Shown here: positions 1-13,338 of the stretch, piece by piece
Layout: each line of letters opens with the position of its first letter
How positions within the stretch are numbered: position 1 is the first letter of the stretch
NCBI GenBank assembly: GCA_040954595.2
Contig: CM082587.2
Span: forward strand, 3,356,275-3,420,274
Origin: Balanoglossus misakiensis
Taxonomy: Eukaryota; Animalia; Hemichordata
Length of the DNA stretch: 64,000 nt
Direction: 5' to 3'
Translations under genes and position numbers: made by a program
Notes under the pieces: model-generated
The model's input: only the letters and a program-made list of their open reading frames with translations
Databases searched by the model: none
Told to the model about the DNA's origin: nothing

Positions 1-300
1 TTGACATTGAAAATTCCCCCTAAAAAGTTCATGTTTGCAGAGTTGTTGAACCAGTGCTATCTTGGGTCTCTAAACATTGTTATCTGTGGTGGACTTCAGC
101 TGCTCTACAAACTGGCCAGATAAACTGATAAGCAGTGGTCAGAGTTCAGTAATGTCCTCACGTGACCAAATTTGCTGTACGTTTATTGATGTAAACAGTG
201 CGATATGAAGTAGGTCAAGCCAGGTTGCCTCCAAGTGGTCAAACACATCTGTCATTGCCCGCGTGATACTCTGAAAGGTTGAACAGGCATTTTAAGATGA

Positions 301-1759
<1,459 letters not shown>

Positions 1760-3358
1760 ACTCATCTGCATCAACAATACGAATATTTAATGGCCAAACA
1801 AATCATTTCAATGGGTGTGAAAAATTCACTTTTCCTGACAACTTAGGGGACCCTTATGTAGATTTTATATGGTAATATGCAAAATTGAATTACCTAGCTT
1901 GTTTGTTCACATAGCTTACTGTTACGAATACTAATTTTCACTCAAACAGTTTTCATAAATGCTAGTGTAGCGTGACAAGTTAGAAACTTGATCACAAATT
2001 CTACAATTATATTTTCAGGTCTCCCTGGGGTGAATTTTTCACATTCTGCACAGGCATTATAAACGTACAAATTAAACCCAGTTTTCGACCGTTTTTCCCA
2101 TCAGCAGAAGTCTGAAGTTCGTACAGACCTGTTTCTACAGCAATAGATTTATAGGTATGCATCGTGAATATTTAAAGTCACAATCTTTCCTCCATTATTG
2201 CAAAACTGCTTTAGGATTGAGATATGAATATTCGTTTTCTTAATTATCATCATCACAAAACTGAATACATCGGTGCCAAGTAACAGACAATTTTGAAATC
2301 GGCATACCAGCATAGGTGGTGAAAGGTAAAAGGTCAGATCCAAATAAAGAATATCAGTGTTTACACGTACTTCACAGTATAAGTGTTTCTTACAAGTATC
2401 ACCCACCATTGTAAATCTTTCTTGAGAAAAGCTTTTATGTAAAATTTATATGGGAAAGGTACAAACGATAATTTTTTCAAAAAAGCCAAAATTGTCAACC
2501 CACTTACACCCTTTTATTACATGGACTTTGTAATAAAACCGTTTTGTTCAGATTCCTGGCTGAAAAGGGCTGCAAAACTCGTATCAGAACCTTGCAAGAT
2601 AAAGATGCCTAATGAATATGTATTATATAGAATGGCAGCTGATTGGGCCTTTTAGATCAGTATGTAAATCACAGCACCTTGGCACTGTGACAACATGTCC
2701 CCATGTCCATGGGGAGAGAGAGAGGATGTGTGTATTTCACCAGTGGTTTGCAGTGGGGTTGCTGACACTTCTGACTTCAAGGTTTTGCTTTGGGTCGGAA
2801 GAGCTGTGTTGTTGAGATACAGGGGGAGGAGGGGGGAGGGAAGAGAAACTTGGGGGCTTGGTGGGTCATCCACCATAACACTTGCTTGTAGAGCTTTAGG
2901 ACTAACACCTAGATGGAAAGATAGTTCTGTTGTTGCTGTCTCGTACGCACTAACATCACTTCATGAAAACGTTGCACCCACGAGTCGCGCCTGCATTGTT
3001 ACATAGCTGTTGTACTTTGAATCCTGACCCCCTGGTGACCTACATGTATATGACTTCATGCAGTCAGTTTTCTTAGGAGTCAGGTCTGAAGGGTATACCT
3101 GTTGCTGGTGTTTTACTACTCTGTCACCACAGCTCTGAATAGTGAAGGCGCGCTCGCAAAAAAAAGCGAAAAACGTAGACATACATAGCGTTGTTTTGCT
3201 GGAACTTATAAGTTATATCTTTGAAACAGAGAACTGTTTTCATTTTCAGTCATCTCCCAGGTATATATGAATTTTTCTGTGTTATTTCCGATCAGCCATT
3301 GTCGTGATCCTGACTGATGCTAAATGCTACATTTGATGTATAACAAAAAAAAAACTGA

Positions 3359-3364
3359 AATAAA
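3359..3364 (+). promoter_or_regulatory. Candidate SURF4 polyadenylation signal
   Basis: AATAAA followed by a GT/T-rich element (CTTTGTGTGTTTTTTC). A more proximal AATAAA is at 2532-2537. Confidence 0.5.
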
Positions 3365-4593
3365 TTTTTAAAACAAAACTCTTTGTGTGTTTTTTCTTGC
3401 ATTTGTCATGCAGTAGGCTTTCACAACCATGTACTCTTTGTGCCGAGATAAAATTGTGGACAGAATCTGATTCTATTCATATTTTTCAGCGAGTATGCCA
3501 CATTTCTTTGTTAATTCACTTGTACCCATGGTAACTGAAATGCAACTTGTGCTCCAGCTGTGCTGTTGCTAAGAGAATGGTGATCTTTCTTGTGGGGTTG
3601 TTGCTATGACAACGCGAGTCAGCCTGTCTGCTGAAGTTTTAAAATGGACACTGCATTCAGAAGTGTGGCATAACATCAAATATCGATGTAAACCATTACT
3701 GAAGACCCTAATGGAATTCATTCAATATACCCAAAAATTTATAGGAAAAACACTCCAGTTGACTAAATGTCCAATTTAAACCTCTTTCATTGATTCATGA
3801 TGAGAAATTACAAATCAATCCCAAAATAGTCTGACTAGTTGCAAAACTAGCAAAAAGTTGATTTCAAGTCTTCCACAGAAAAGTTTTAAATGAGTATTTC
3901 TAAACTGTGGAATCAATTCATTTTCATAATTACAAAACAAAGTAACTGATAGCTTGAAATTCATTTAGGAAGTGATCTGGTACATTTTGTAGACTGTAAT
4001 TTTTACAACAAACTTTTCGATCACTGACATGATTTCATTGCGAGAATTTTGAACTGCCCCTATAGTTGGTTGCAACGTATAATTCTTAAAAAATGTAAAT
4101 ATGTCTATCAAATGAAATTAACACTTGTGATGGACCAGAGACATATCTATAAAAAATATTTCCTGTTGCAAACTGTCGTCAAAAAAAATAAACAGTTCAT
4201 TGTGGAAGAAATTAAGTTTGATTTCATGGCTGTCTGGTTTATGCTGTACTGCTGCTTACCCAAATTTTGCTGGGTGAACCTCTAAGATTTTTTTCTTACA
4301 TTTTCGTGAAGTTATTCACATTGTTGAGCTATTACTTACACACTAAAATATCAATCATCTGAGCTCAACGCTTGGCTTGCTTGATTGCAAGATGCTTTGA
4401 TGACACATATTCAAAGACTGTCATCGTGGTGTCTTCTTGAGGAAACTATTGGCAGAAGTATGTGACTTCTGTTTCCACGCCATATCCCATATATACTTCA
4501 ACTATGTGGCCAGTGCAATCATGCACCAATTCTGATGAATAGAACACTACTGGCATCTCTCTGGGAATGCACACATCTAAAGCCCGCCTCCTT

Positions 4594-7500
4594 CTATGCG
4601 TACGGGTCGTCGCATGGCTCTCCACTGATATCGCACAGTTGGATGTAGACCATGACCGTGTCCTTGTAGACAGGTACTCGGGCTTCACCCAGCTCCAGCA
4701 AATGACAGTACAAGGCATTCACCACTTTGTCCAGGTTGATGAATGTGATGTCCCTCATCTCCTTTGCATTGGCGACTGTGATGAAAGAAAATATCAAAAT
4801 GACACTGAAATCTGAGGACACACGATATGTTGAATGACACACTGTATGTGATTAAAGACAACAAAAAGCCTGAATTTCATGAAGAGAATTGTTTGCGAGT
4901 TTGTGAGTGTTTCTATCAATTCAACGAGAGTGAAATACACACCTGGTTGGAAAGGTTCTCCAAAAGGAAATTCTGTATTGCCAGTTAGGAAATGGAGCCA
5001 GGGTACATCTGTCACAATGTCCAGTGGCGACTGCCCGTATTTCACTGCAAAGAAAGCACAATACACACTTGCTTTTACTTCTGGCAATAATTACTGTGGA
5101 ATATCTACAGAAGTAGTTTGGTGGTAATTTCTATAGGTGACTGTGTACATTGAACTGTCTGTACATGCATATGCATTGGGGTGGCCACAAGAGTATTCGT
5201 GAGGTCAGGTTTTGTGACTTACCCGAAAATCGATGGAGTGTTCTGTCCCATGGATACTTGGTGGAAGTCCTTGGTATTCTGGATGCGTTTGGGATCTTGA
5301 AACTGTCCATCAAGTCACTGTTGAGAACATTACAACAGTTCACAGAGAGAATGACGACAATGCAAGAGAGAAAATACTGAAATACTGGTGCTGTGTGGCT
5401 CAGTATTATCTCAATAACTTATAATAAGTTGAAGTACCCTGTAGTAACCATATTAAATGATGCAGCTGTTGCTGTTAGCAGACTTACCAGTTGAGGTCAG
5501 AAATGAGTTGGAGCCAATTCTTCATGTAGACCGTGGTGTCTACCTGGGGAGGATAGCTGTGATCCAGCACCAGGCAGATGTTGTAGTTGTGTGGGATCAG
5601 GTCGGAGAATAACATCCTTTCCAGTGACACCACATCAAACTGAGGAGAGAAGTGAAGGTACAAACCATCTTGTTGTTAGTTCAAGAAGTTGCTGTGTATT
5701 ATTTTGTCAAAATGTTTACGATCATCAAAATTGTATACTCCACACACCAGCTATTTTGAGACAACTGAAAGAACATCCACACAAACATTACCTTGTACAT
5801 GGGTCTGAGATGCACAAATCGTGATGACTTGGGAGGCAATTTCAAGACGGCTCTTAAAACAGAATCATTGTGAAGTCTTCGGCACTGAGTGAGCTTCAGA
5901 TTTCTGAGGTCTGGACATCCTTCCAACTTCAAATCTTTGAAAATCCTACAAGCAGTTACTGTAAGGGGTAAAATGGCACAAGACAGGAATACTTCAGTTA
6001 AAATCTATGTTCAATACTGCGTTAAGCTTAAATCAGTGTACAGTGTTGCAAATATATATTTCACACACATCTAAATCATACTCCTTACGTTGTAAATTTT
6101 TCAGCCTGACACACCCCTCTATTTCCAAATGGGAGATTCCACACCAATGGAGAGTCACCGTCTCCAGTGTTCTTGGCGTCAGCTTCAACACTTGTACTGG
6201 GTCGTCTTCCTTCACTGGATCACTGGTACTTTGGGAGGGGAAAAATTACAAAACGTAAATATTGATCAAGGATCATGCAAGTCAATCTGGATCCTGGTGA
6301 CTGACCATACGATTTTATTTTCGACCAATAATATGGATATGTGTAAAACATCATGAAAATGACAAGAGTGGGTTTCTAGCAATTCTCAATGTAATCCTAT
6401 GGGAAGAGAAATTCCACATGCTCTTAGCACGCGTACATCCACTAACCTTGTGGCCTGGTCACACATGTTGGCCTTCCTTTTCACCGGGCGAGGCGTGTTG
6501 GTTCCTTTGTCACTTCTTGTCTTCCCTCTCCTGTTGGCAGACACTCCGCTGACAGGCATGGATGCCACGGCCAGATTACTGACGGGCACCCCTTGCATTC
6601 GTACCACGCCGGCGTTCTCAGACATCCGTCTGGCCTGCCTCCTGGTTGTAATCCTAGAGGGCGCTGGTTTAGGCTTCTCAGCTTTCTGCTCTTTGCTCTG
6701 CATCTTCTCCATGCGGGCCATCTGTCTGGTGACCCTGCGAGGGAGCTCTGCCTTGGCCTTGGTGGGCTGCACGGTCTTGCTGGATTTCTTGGCGTTGGCC
6801 ATGTCGTCCGTTGATGTGCCCACGCTTGCTCCGGTCAGCTGCTTTGTCGTCTGACTGCCGACCGTCACTTCATCTTTCGTTTCTTTGTCCATCTCACCTG
6901 ATTTGTCTTTCTGAGAGTCGGAAACATCCATTGGTTCCTCTGTAGTACTCGTTGACGGCAAACTGTCATTCCAATCTTTGCTCGTAGAAGGCTTGGAGTC
7001 TGAAAAATCCATTTTATCTTCAGTCCCGCTTTTCTTGCCCTGCGGTGGCTGCCCTGAAGGCTTCGCCCCTTCCCCGGCCGCCTCTGCTCCTGACTTTCCA
7101 GAATCGACTCCATCCACAGTTTTATTTCCCGATTCCAGTACACTCTTTCCAGTACTGACGTCTTCCTTATTCCCAGACTTGACAGCTGACTTGCTGCTGT
7201 GCTCTGGAGAGCTACTGCTCTTTGTTCTCTCTCTCACTTTTCCTGCGTCATTGCACATATTCTCGTCTTGCGATCCTGATTCCTCTTCTCTTTCCTTTCC
7301 CGCTATTTCACCTGCCTCATCTTCAGTCCTAACTACAGGAAATTTATCATTCCTCTCTTTGTCCCCAACAGCGTTCGAGTCCTTTTCTCTAGAGTTCTCC
7401 CCGCCTTCATTTTCTTGGCTTTTCTCAGTCTTGTTTCCACCTGCGTCATTCTCCGAGAAAACCTCATCTGTGTCTTTTGGTGCTTCCACATTCTGATCTG

Positions 7501-10290
7501 CATGTGGTTCCCCAGTTTTCATTTCTACATCCCCCTTATCATCTCCGTCCTCATCAGCACCATTGCTAACCTTACCCTCCTCCCCATCTATACTCCTCTC
7601 CCCGTCCACATCGTGTAGACCCTCCCCTTCCGCCTCCTTCTCCTTCTTCAATTTCACCTTTTCAGCTTTGACTGCCGCGGTGGTCTCCTCCTCAATCTGT
7701 TGACTGGAGGCTTGGCAAGACTGGTTGGAAGTGTCCATCAGACCGTCGGGTGAGCTCTGGGACGACCTGTCGGCTCTGCTCTTCTTTGTAGCTTGTTGCT
7801 CCTCACTTCTCACACCACCACCATCACCACTAGAAACAGCATCATCTGTCTCCATGGCAACTGACTTCTCCTCTCCGGTTTTCTCTCCCGATGGACTCTG
7901 TCCATCCACCTCCATTTTCTTCCCATCCTCCTCCGACTTCACACTTTCCTGAACCTTAGCTTCATCGTCCTGAACCGATCCAGATCCCTGCGATTGGCCA
8001 GCTTCTGGGGTCGATGCACTGCCAGAGGCATCTTTATCAGTACTGTTCTTTACACCTGCTTGGCTTTGATCAATGTCCGATGGCGCACTTGCACCTTCTG
8101 GTGGCTGTGGCTGATTCTGCTGCTGCTGCCCCTCCCCCTGTTCTGCTTGCTGCTGCTGGGGATGCTCCTGTTGTTGGTTTTGCTCTTGTTGTACCTGGAC
8201 TGGTGCAACATCTTCGTTTCCCTGTTGCTGGTCACCGTCGTCGTTTGCACTGTCACCTGCTGATGAAAGATTGGTTTGAGAACAGTTAACCCCCTGGACA
8301 CGATTCCTACATAATTACGGGACTGGTTACATCCTATAAAATGTCATTGGTGACATCATACATAATGTTTACTAGAGAAGGAGGTAAGAAAACTCCATAC
8401 CATCAGCACTGTTGCCGTTATTATTGGTGACCAGCGCCGACGACACTCCGATCCCAGTTCCGGCACTCAGGCCCACCCGGGAACACCCCATGGGCTGCTC
8501 CCGGAACATCTGCTCCAGGTGGAGAGCCTTGACGACATCCAGCTGATTGAAGAACTTGCAAAAGCTGTCCAGCTTGATGGCGTGGCATCGGCGCAGGGTC
8601 AGAGAGGCCAGGTTGCACCACATCAGATTTCCTGTGAATTAGAGAAAATACTTACGGTCAAACTTGAACCCTTTCACCCCCAGTTCCCCCTTTAGACGTC
8701 CAACCTTACCATAGAAAACAATGGGTTTGGACTGAACCATGGTGGTGAAAGGGTAAATGAAGTGAGAGCATTACTGTGGAATTTTGTTGTTTATCTTCTT
8801 TGAAGATGCAACTATTTCCTAACAGTAACTGGAACTGACCTGGCAGAGAAGATGTCCACAAGTGGGGTTTATGGAGGTGGGGGCAGTTATACGCAGTCAA
8901 CTCCCGAAGCATCGGAAACACCTCTCCCACTGCTTTCATGCCATTGTCAGTCAGTAATGCTGGGTTCTCGGTCACGTCCGCCAAGCCAAACTTCACCAGG
9001 TTCTCATTTGTGTATCCCTCTGCCAAAATACAAAGAGAAAGGTCACAGCCTGGAAAAAAAAAAGCCTAGTGTTTTGAGGAATGAAGCAAATGATCAGAGT
9101 GTTATTTGTTTTCCGGCAACTGAATTTCAAGAGCAAGAATGAATCCATTACAATCGAATGGGTGTCAACTCACCTGCCTCTGGGAACGGATGAATATACC
9201 CCAAGTTCAGAGACTCGATGCGTCGGAACTCAGCGTCAGCCAATTTCAAGGCCGAGAAAAAACTGTCTTTGGAGAGTGAAGGCTGAATGGTGACCTCCTC
9301 CAGCGTGTTAGCGGAACACACCACAAGATAGCCCAGATCGATTTCTAAACAGTTTTTGCAAGCACCGATCAGAATTTTCTTGAGTTTACCAAACCCTTCA
9401 ATCCGCCACGCATCTTCAATGACGTGCTGGAAGAGGCCCCCCAGGAAAGGGACGCGCACTAATTCAAGTCTCTGGAGTCGGTGCGACGCTGCCAGCCCGG
9501 CGACCAGAGGCACGTATTTGAGGGCGTTTGTCGGACCTGCACAGTTGCGCATGACGAAGGTGTGTAAACGGCGACTACCAAAGTCCTTGAACGGCTGCGG
9601 GTTGGTGAGTTTGACCCACTCGAGGATGATCTCTTCCAACGTGACAATCTGCGGCAGCTCGGGCATCGTAACTCCGGTCAGGTGCAGCATCTTGATCCGA
9701 GACAGCTTCGGGATGCTGAGCCGGTTGTGGGGGTCCGGCGGGAAAGTGCCGTCGCGGTTGGCGAACTTGCCCATGATTTCGATCAGCTCTATGTAAGTGA
9801 GCACCGCCTCCAGCAGCTGGACGTGGCAGGTCTCAATGCCTTGCAAGCTGTCGCAGCTCTGCAAGGCGTCCACGATTCCCGGTATACTGAACCCGGGCTT
9901 GTTGCCTCTCGTCCAGCGGGGAGCCAGCTCGTGCGGATTCACACCGTACACGTACTCCAGCACTGGCATCCTCTGCAGGAAGTGTTTGAACGTGAGGTCG
10001 TTGAAGCCATCGGGCATGTACTCGTACCAGCCTTCCTCGGCGAAGTCGATCGATTTGCGGACCCGCAAATGCATACTGACGGCCTCTTGGAGCTTGCGGT
10101 TCATCAGTTCCATACACATGACACTGCGTATTGGGAGGTAGAACAGTATCTTCACAAGCAGCTCCAAGGACAGATTATCAAAATGATCCGGCGACTCGAT
10201 CGACACCTGGCTACTGCGGCCACCATGTTCTGATGACACGCTTTGGCTGGACTTCCCGTCCAAGCGTCGACTCTTCTTCCTCCTCCTCAT
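4594..10290 (-). CDS. FBXO38: F-box only protein 38 (SCF substrate receptor), 10 coding exons, about 1392 aa
   Basis: Exons (minus): 10290-9174, 9019-8840, 8631-8401, 8259(or 8256)-6447, 6228-6089, 5958-5792, 5639-5488, 5317-5223, 5044-4943, 4775-4594, all phase-consistent. F-box [14 protein letters not shown]; motifs [59 protein letters not shown] and the C-terminal [12 protein letters not shown] match recalled human FBXO38. Confidence 0.95.
6335..6440 (+). repeat. Interspersed repeat fragment (copy 1), abutting an FBXO38 splice donor
   Basis: CATGAAAAT.ACAA...AGTGGGT.TCTAG.AATTCTCAATGTAATCCTATGGGAAGAGA...CACATGCTC...TACATCC is shared with about 51555-51668. Confidence 0.75.
8668..8754 (+). 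mobile_element. About 87-bp MITE-like element in an FBXO38 intron
   Basis: Terminal inverted repeats ACCCTTTCACC...GGTGAAAGGGT; the interior is nearly identical to 943-1026. Confidence 0.7.
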
Positions 10291-10479
10291 GATGATCGTT
10301 CAAAATACTCTTTGAACCTGCATCAAAGCACCAAACACGTTAATTAAAATTCTTAAATTCAGTTTGACAATGTCTCATGTGCAGTTTTTGCCATTACGCT
10401 CTGTTAAACTTCAGCATGGCAAAATTCAGTTACGCACAACTAACACAATCTTCAACCCGATGAAGGTGGCTAGTTTAGG

Positions 10480-11400
10480 AAGAAGATGATCTATGGTCGA
10501 CCACACGCGACGCATTGGTTCAATCACGAGACGGAGGTCATTTGACCTGACGGGTTCAAGGTCGCTGGCATTTCCGGTGTTAACGCGCAGCAAATAAACT
10601 GTTTTGCGTATCAGTTACTCCACACAAACCATCAAAATAGAGAGTTGGATTGGTCCTTTATTATAATAGGGAATCTGGACACATAACCAGATAACTATAG
10701 GTTATGACGCAGAGACACTGTAGCTCTGTGCGCGCGCCCTCGACTCATTTGTGTTAAGAAACGAAACCTACACGCACATGACAACACAGTCCCTCTGCAG
10801 CAACGTTAATTTACCACAATTATTATTAGTAAATTCACGTTATCACGGATTCTTATTTCGAATACTTTCTCTTAAAGCTCAAGCAGCATACGTACTTGTC
10901 GGCGTAGCGTCAACTCCGAACCGCCGTGTACGTTGCTTGTCCGTTTCGAGAGCCATGCAGCACGCAAAGTCAAGACCTAATGGCGACGGCCCGTTCATAA
11001 TCATAACGCATTTTTTCTGAGCTTTGAGGGGATTTAATGGGGATACACGGAGGAGACAACTAAAGGGTACTACATAAACCTTACCTCAGAAAAGGACCAT
11101 TATCGGAAGTGGCTTTTTTTCTCAAAGGCGGAAAAATCTCAGCTCAGGATGGCGGTAGCCATTTTGAGCTTGTTTGAACTTTGAACCGGACACCCCAAGT
11201 CGGTAAACAATATTTGCAGTGGAGGCGGTAGCCATTTTGAGCTTGTTTGAACTTTGAACCGGACACCCCAAGTCGATAAACAATATTTGCAGTAAGTTAA
11301 CTGCGCCATCCCGACAAATATCAGCTAAAAAACAAAAGTTTCTTAAGAATGACCTCGTGTTCGCGTGGCGCACACACGGAAAGAAACAACACACACACGG
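10480..11400 (-). promoter_or_regulatory. FBXO38 promoter and 5' UTR region
   Basis: CpG-enriched stretch upstream of the ATG. An acceptor lies at 10320-10318 just 5' of the ATG and a GAG|gtaagg donor at 11084, implying a non-coding first exon near 11085-11300 that carries YY1-like CAAAATGGC motifs. Confidence 0.5.
11151..11293. repeat. Tandem duplication, 2 x 70 bp (period 73), one mismatch
   Basis: GGCGGTAGCCATTTTGAGCTTGTTTGAACTTTGAACCGGACACCCCAAGTCG(G/A)TAAACAATATTTGCAGT at 11151-11220 and 11224-11293. Confidence 0.95.
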
Positions 11401-12034
11401 TTTTTGTTTTTCCTCCAAATTTTACTCAGAAATATTTCAAGACAAAATAAATGTGACATATCTTTCTTCCAACATTTGAAGCTACTACACGCAGGTGAAT
11501 ACTACCAATAAATTGCAGTTGACATGACAACCGATATGTTCATGGACAAAAGTAATACATACTTGGAAAGCAATAAAACAGAATGTGCATAATTACACAA
11601 AGAAGTAAAAAAAAAACATACCTGCACTATAAAAGTGCAGTGGTATTCATATTTACAAATTCTTAGGGGAAATTCTGCCCTGACGAGCAGAAAAGGTTCC
11701 ACTTTTACAAATTGTAGTGATTTACCTCCTCTCATATCTTAGTTTTAATGATTATCGCCACCCTTTGACAATATAAAATCTCATTTTTCAACAAAGATGG
11801 AAATCTAACAGATTTGTAGCAAATGCAGCAACTAATGAGAGGTGGTTTTTTTCATTTTTCATGGCCAATTTTTTTCACTGTGCCATGGTGACTGATTGCG
11901 TTGCCAGGACTACATATCTGCCGGAAACAAACGAGTGTTGGTTTTTAGCTTTATTTGAGGACATCACCATATTGCATCTTAGAAAGAAGAGTTCATATGG
12001 TCATTTTAATTCACTCAAAAATTCCGTCTCACAA

Positions 12035-12040
12035 TTTATT
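12035..12040 (-). promoter_or_regulatory. Candidate GPSM polyadenylation signal
   Basis: TTTATT on + (AATAAA on -), about 1.3 kb past the stop codon at 13339. Confidence 0.4.
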
Positions 12041-13338
12041 CCAAAAGGTTGTATTTGACAGTTTTTGTGTGGCAGGTACATTTGAAGGGGAAAAAAGAAA
12101 CTGACTATGCAAAACAGCATGACTGTACCAAATCAAACAACTGACAACAATGTGAAATATAAACCAACAAACCAAGCTAGTACTCATGAGAAGAAAATCC
12201 CCCTACCCTCTCCACCTTGGAGTACAAAAAAGTTAACTGACTCATGTTCTGTAATAAACACTAACACTGGTGCCTACCGGTAATTTTAAAACTGAATTCC
12301 TCTTTAACAAGCTTCAAATTCTGTTTCAGTATATACATATTGTAAACTACTACAGGATTTTTCAACTTTGTTTCCAACTGCATGATTTCTTCTCCTCCCC
12401 ACATTATAATATACATGATTAAATACACTAAACCTATTTTTGTAAATTTGTCTTTTTTTATAAAACTCTAGAATATTACAAACATTTTCTCTTCTTAAAA
12501 AACTATCAGTAGGTCAACACCTGCTTCCTTACACGTAAAACACCCTGAATATGCAAGTTTTAGTACAATTTTAATACCAAGTCGTTATGCTGTTTTTTTT
12601 AGTGGTCAATGATGAATATGGTCCCCATGAAAATTACCACTTATTCAAAAGTCAGCAAGGTGGGGCTGATGCTAATTTGGAGAAATCGGGCGCCCCTAAC
12701 ATATGCGAGAACAATCAGATGTGATTTGAGACAATCTCTGCAGAAGGTGAAAGAATAGTTTGTTTGTCATTAGCAGCCAGACTGGGGCTGCAAAGAGCAA
12801 TCCATATCTCCTCATTGGCCTTTCTCAACTGGAAGAAATTTATCAGGCAAAATTATATGACTCTAAACAGGTTCTTGGAAGTTTTGTAAATGACAACTTT
12901 ACAAGAATTAACATACTTCAAACTTTCTCGGTTGACATGCTAGTCTGGTCTGTCACTTCATTTTTGGAATCAGATTTGTACAATGTCAAACGCAACGGTA
13001 CACTAGTTGAAGTCATCCAATATCCATAACTTCAATTAAATCACTGCTTGGGCTTATTGGGCCATTTGTTTCATATGCAAATATCTGCTGGACCTGTGAG
13101 ACCAGACACTAAAGTTGCCGAGCAAGCTGTGTTAGACTGGACATAGTCCCTCAAGAGAGAGTGGGCTTGGTAAGAAAATTGGGTACCATACAATGCACAT
13201 TTTGTGACAATGTCCTGAAAGTATTATACAGGAAAAAAAATTCCTGTACTCTTAAATTCTTTTTTTTTGTACACACTACATCTACATTTCAGCTAAAATG
13301 GTATGAAAACAAAGTAACGAGACGCGATGATGACAGAA

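Noticed and set aside
4776-4811. Upstream alternative acceptor for the last FBXO38 exon
   Set aside because: It is in frame, but the added 36 nt look like the pyrimidine tract of the 4775 acceptor, so the downstream site was preferred.
6399-10233. Several plus-strand ORFs of 100-180 aa
   Set aside because: They are antisense shadows of GC-rich FBXO38 exons with no recognisable domains.
11151-11293. Direct repeats as a CRISPR array
   Set aside because: Only two 70-bp copies, no spacers, no cas genes, and a eukaryotic context.
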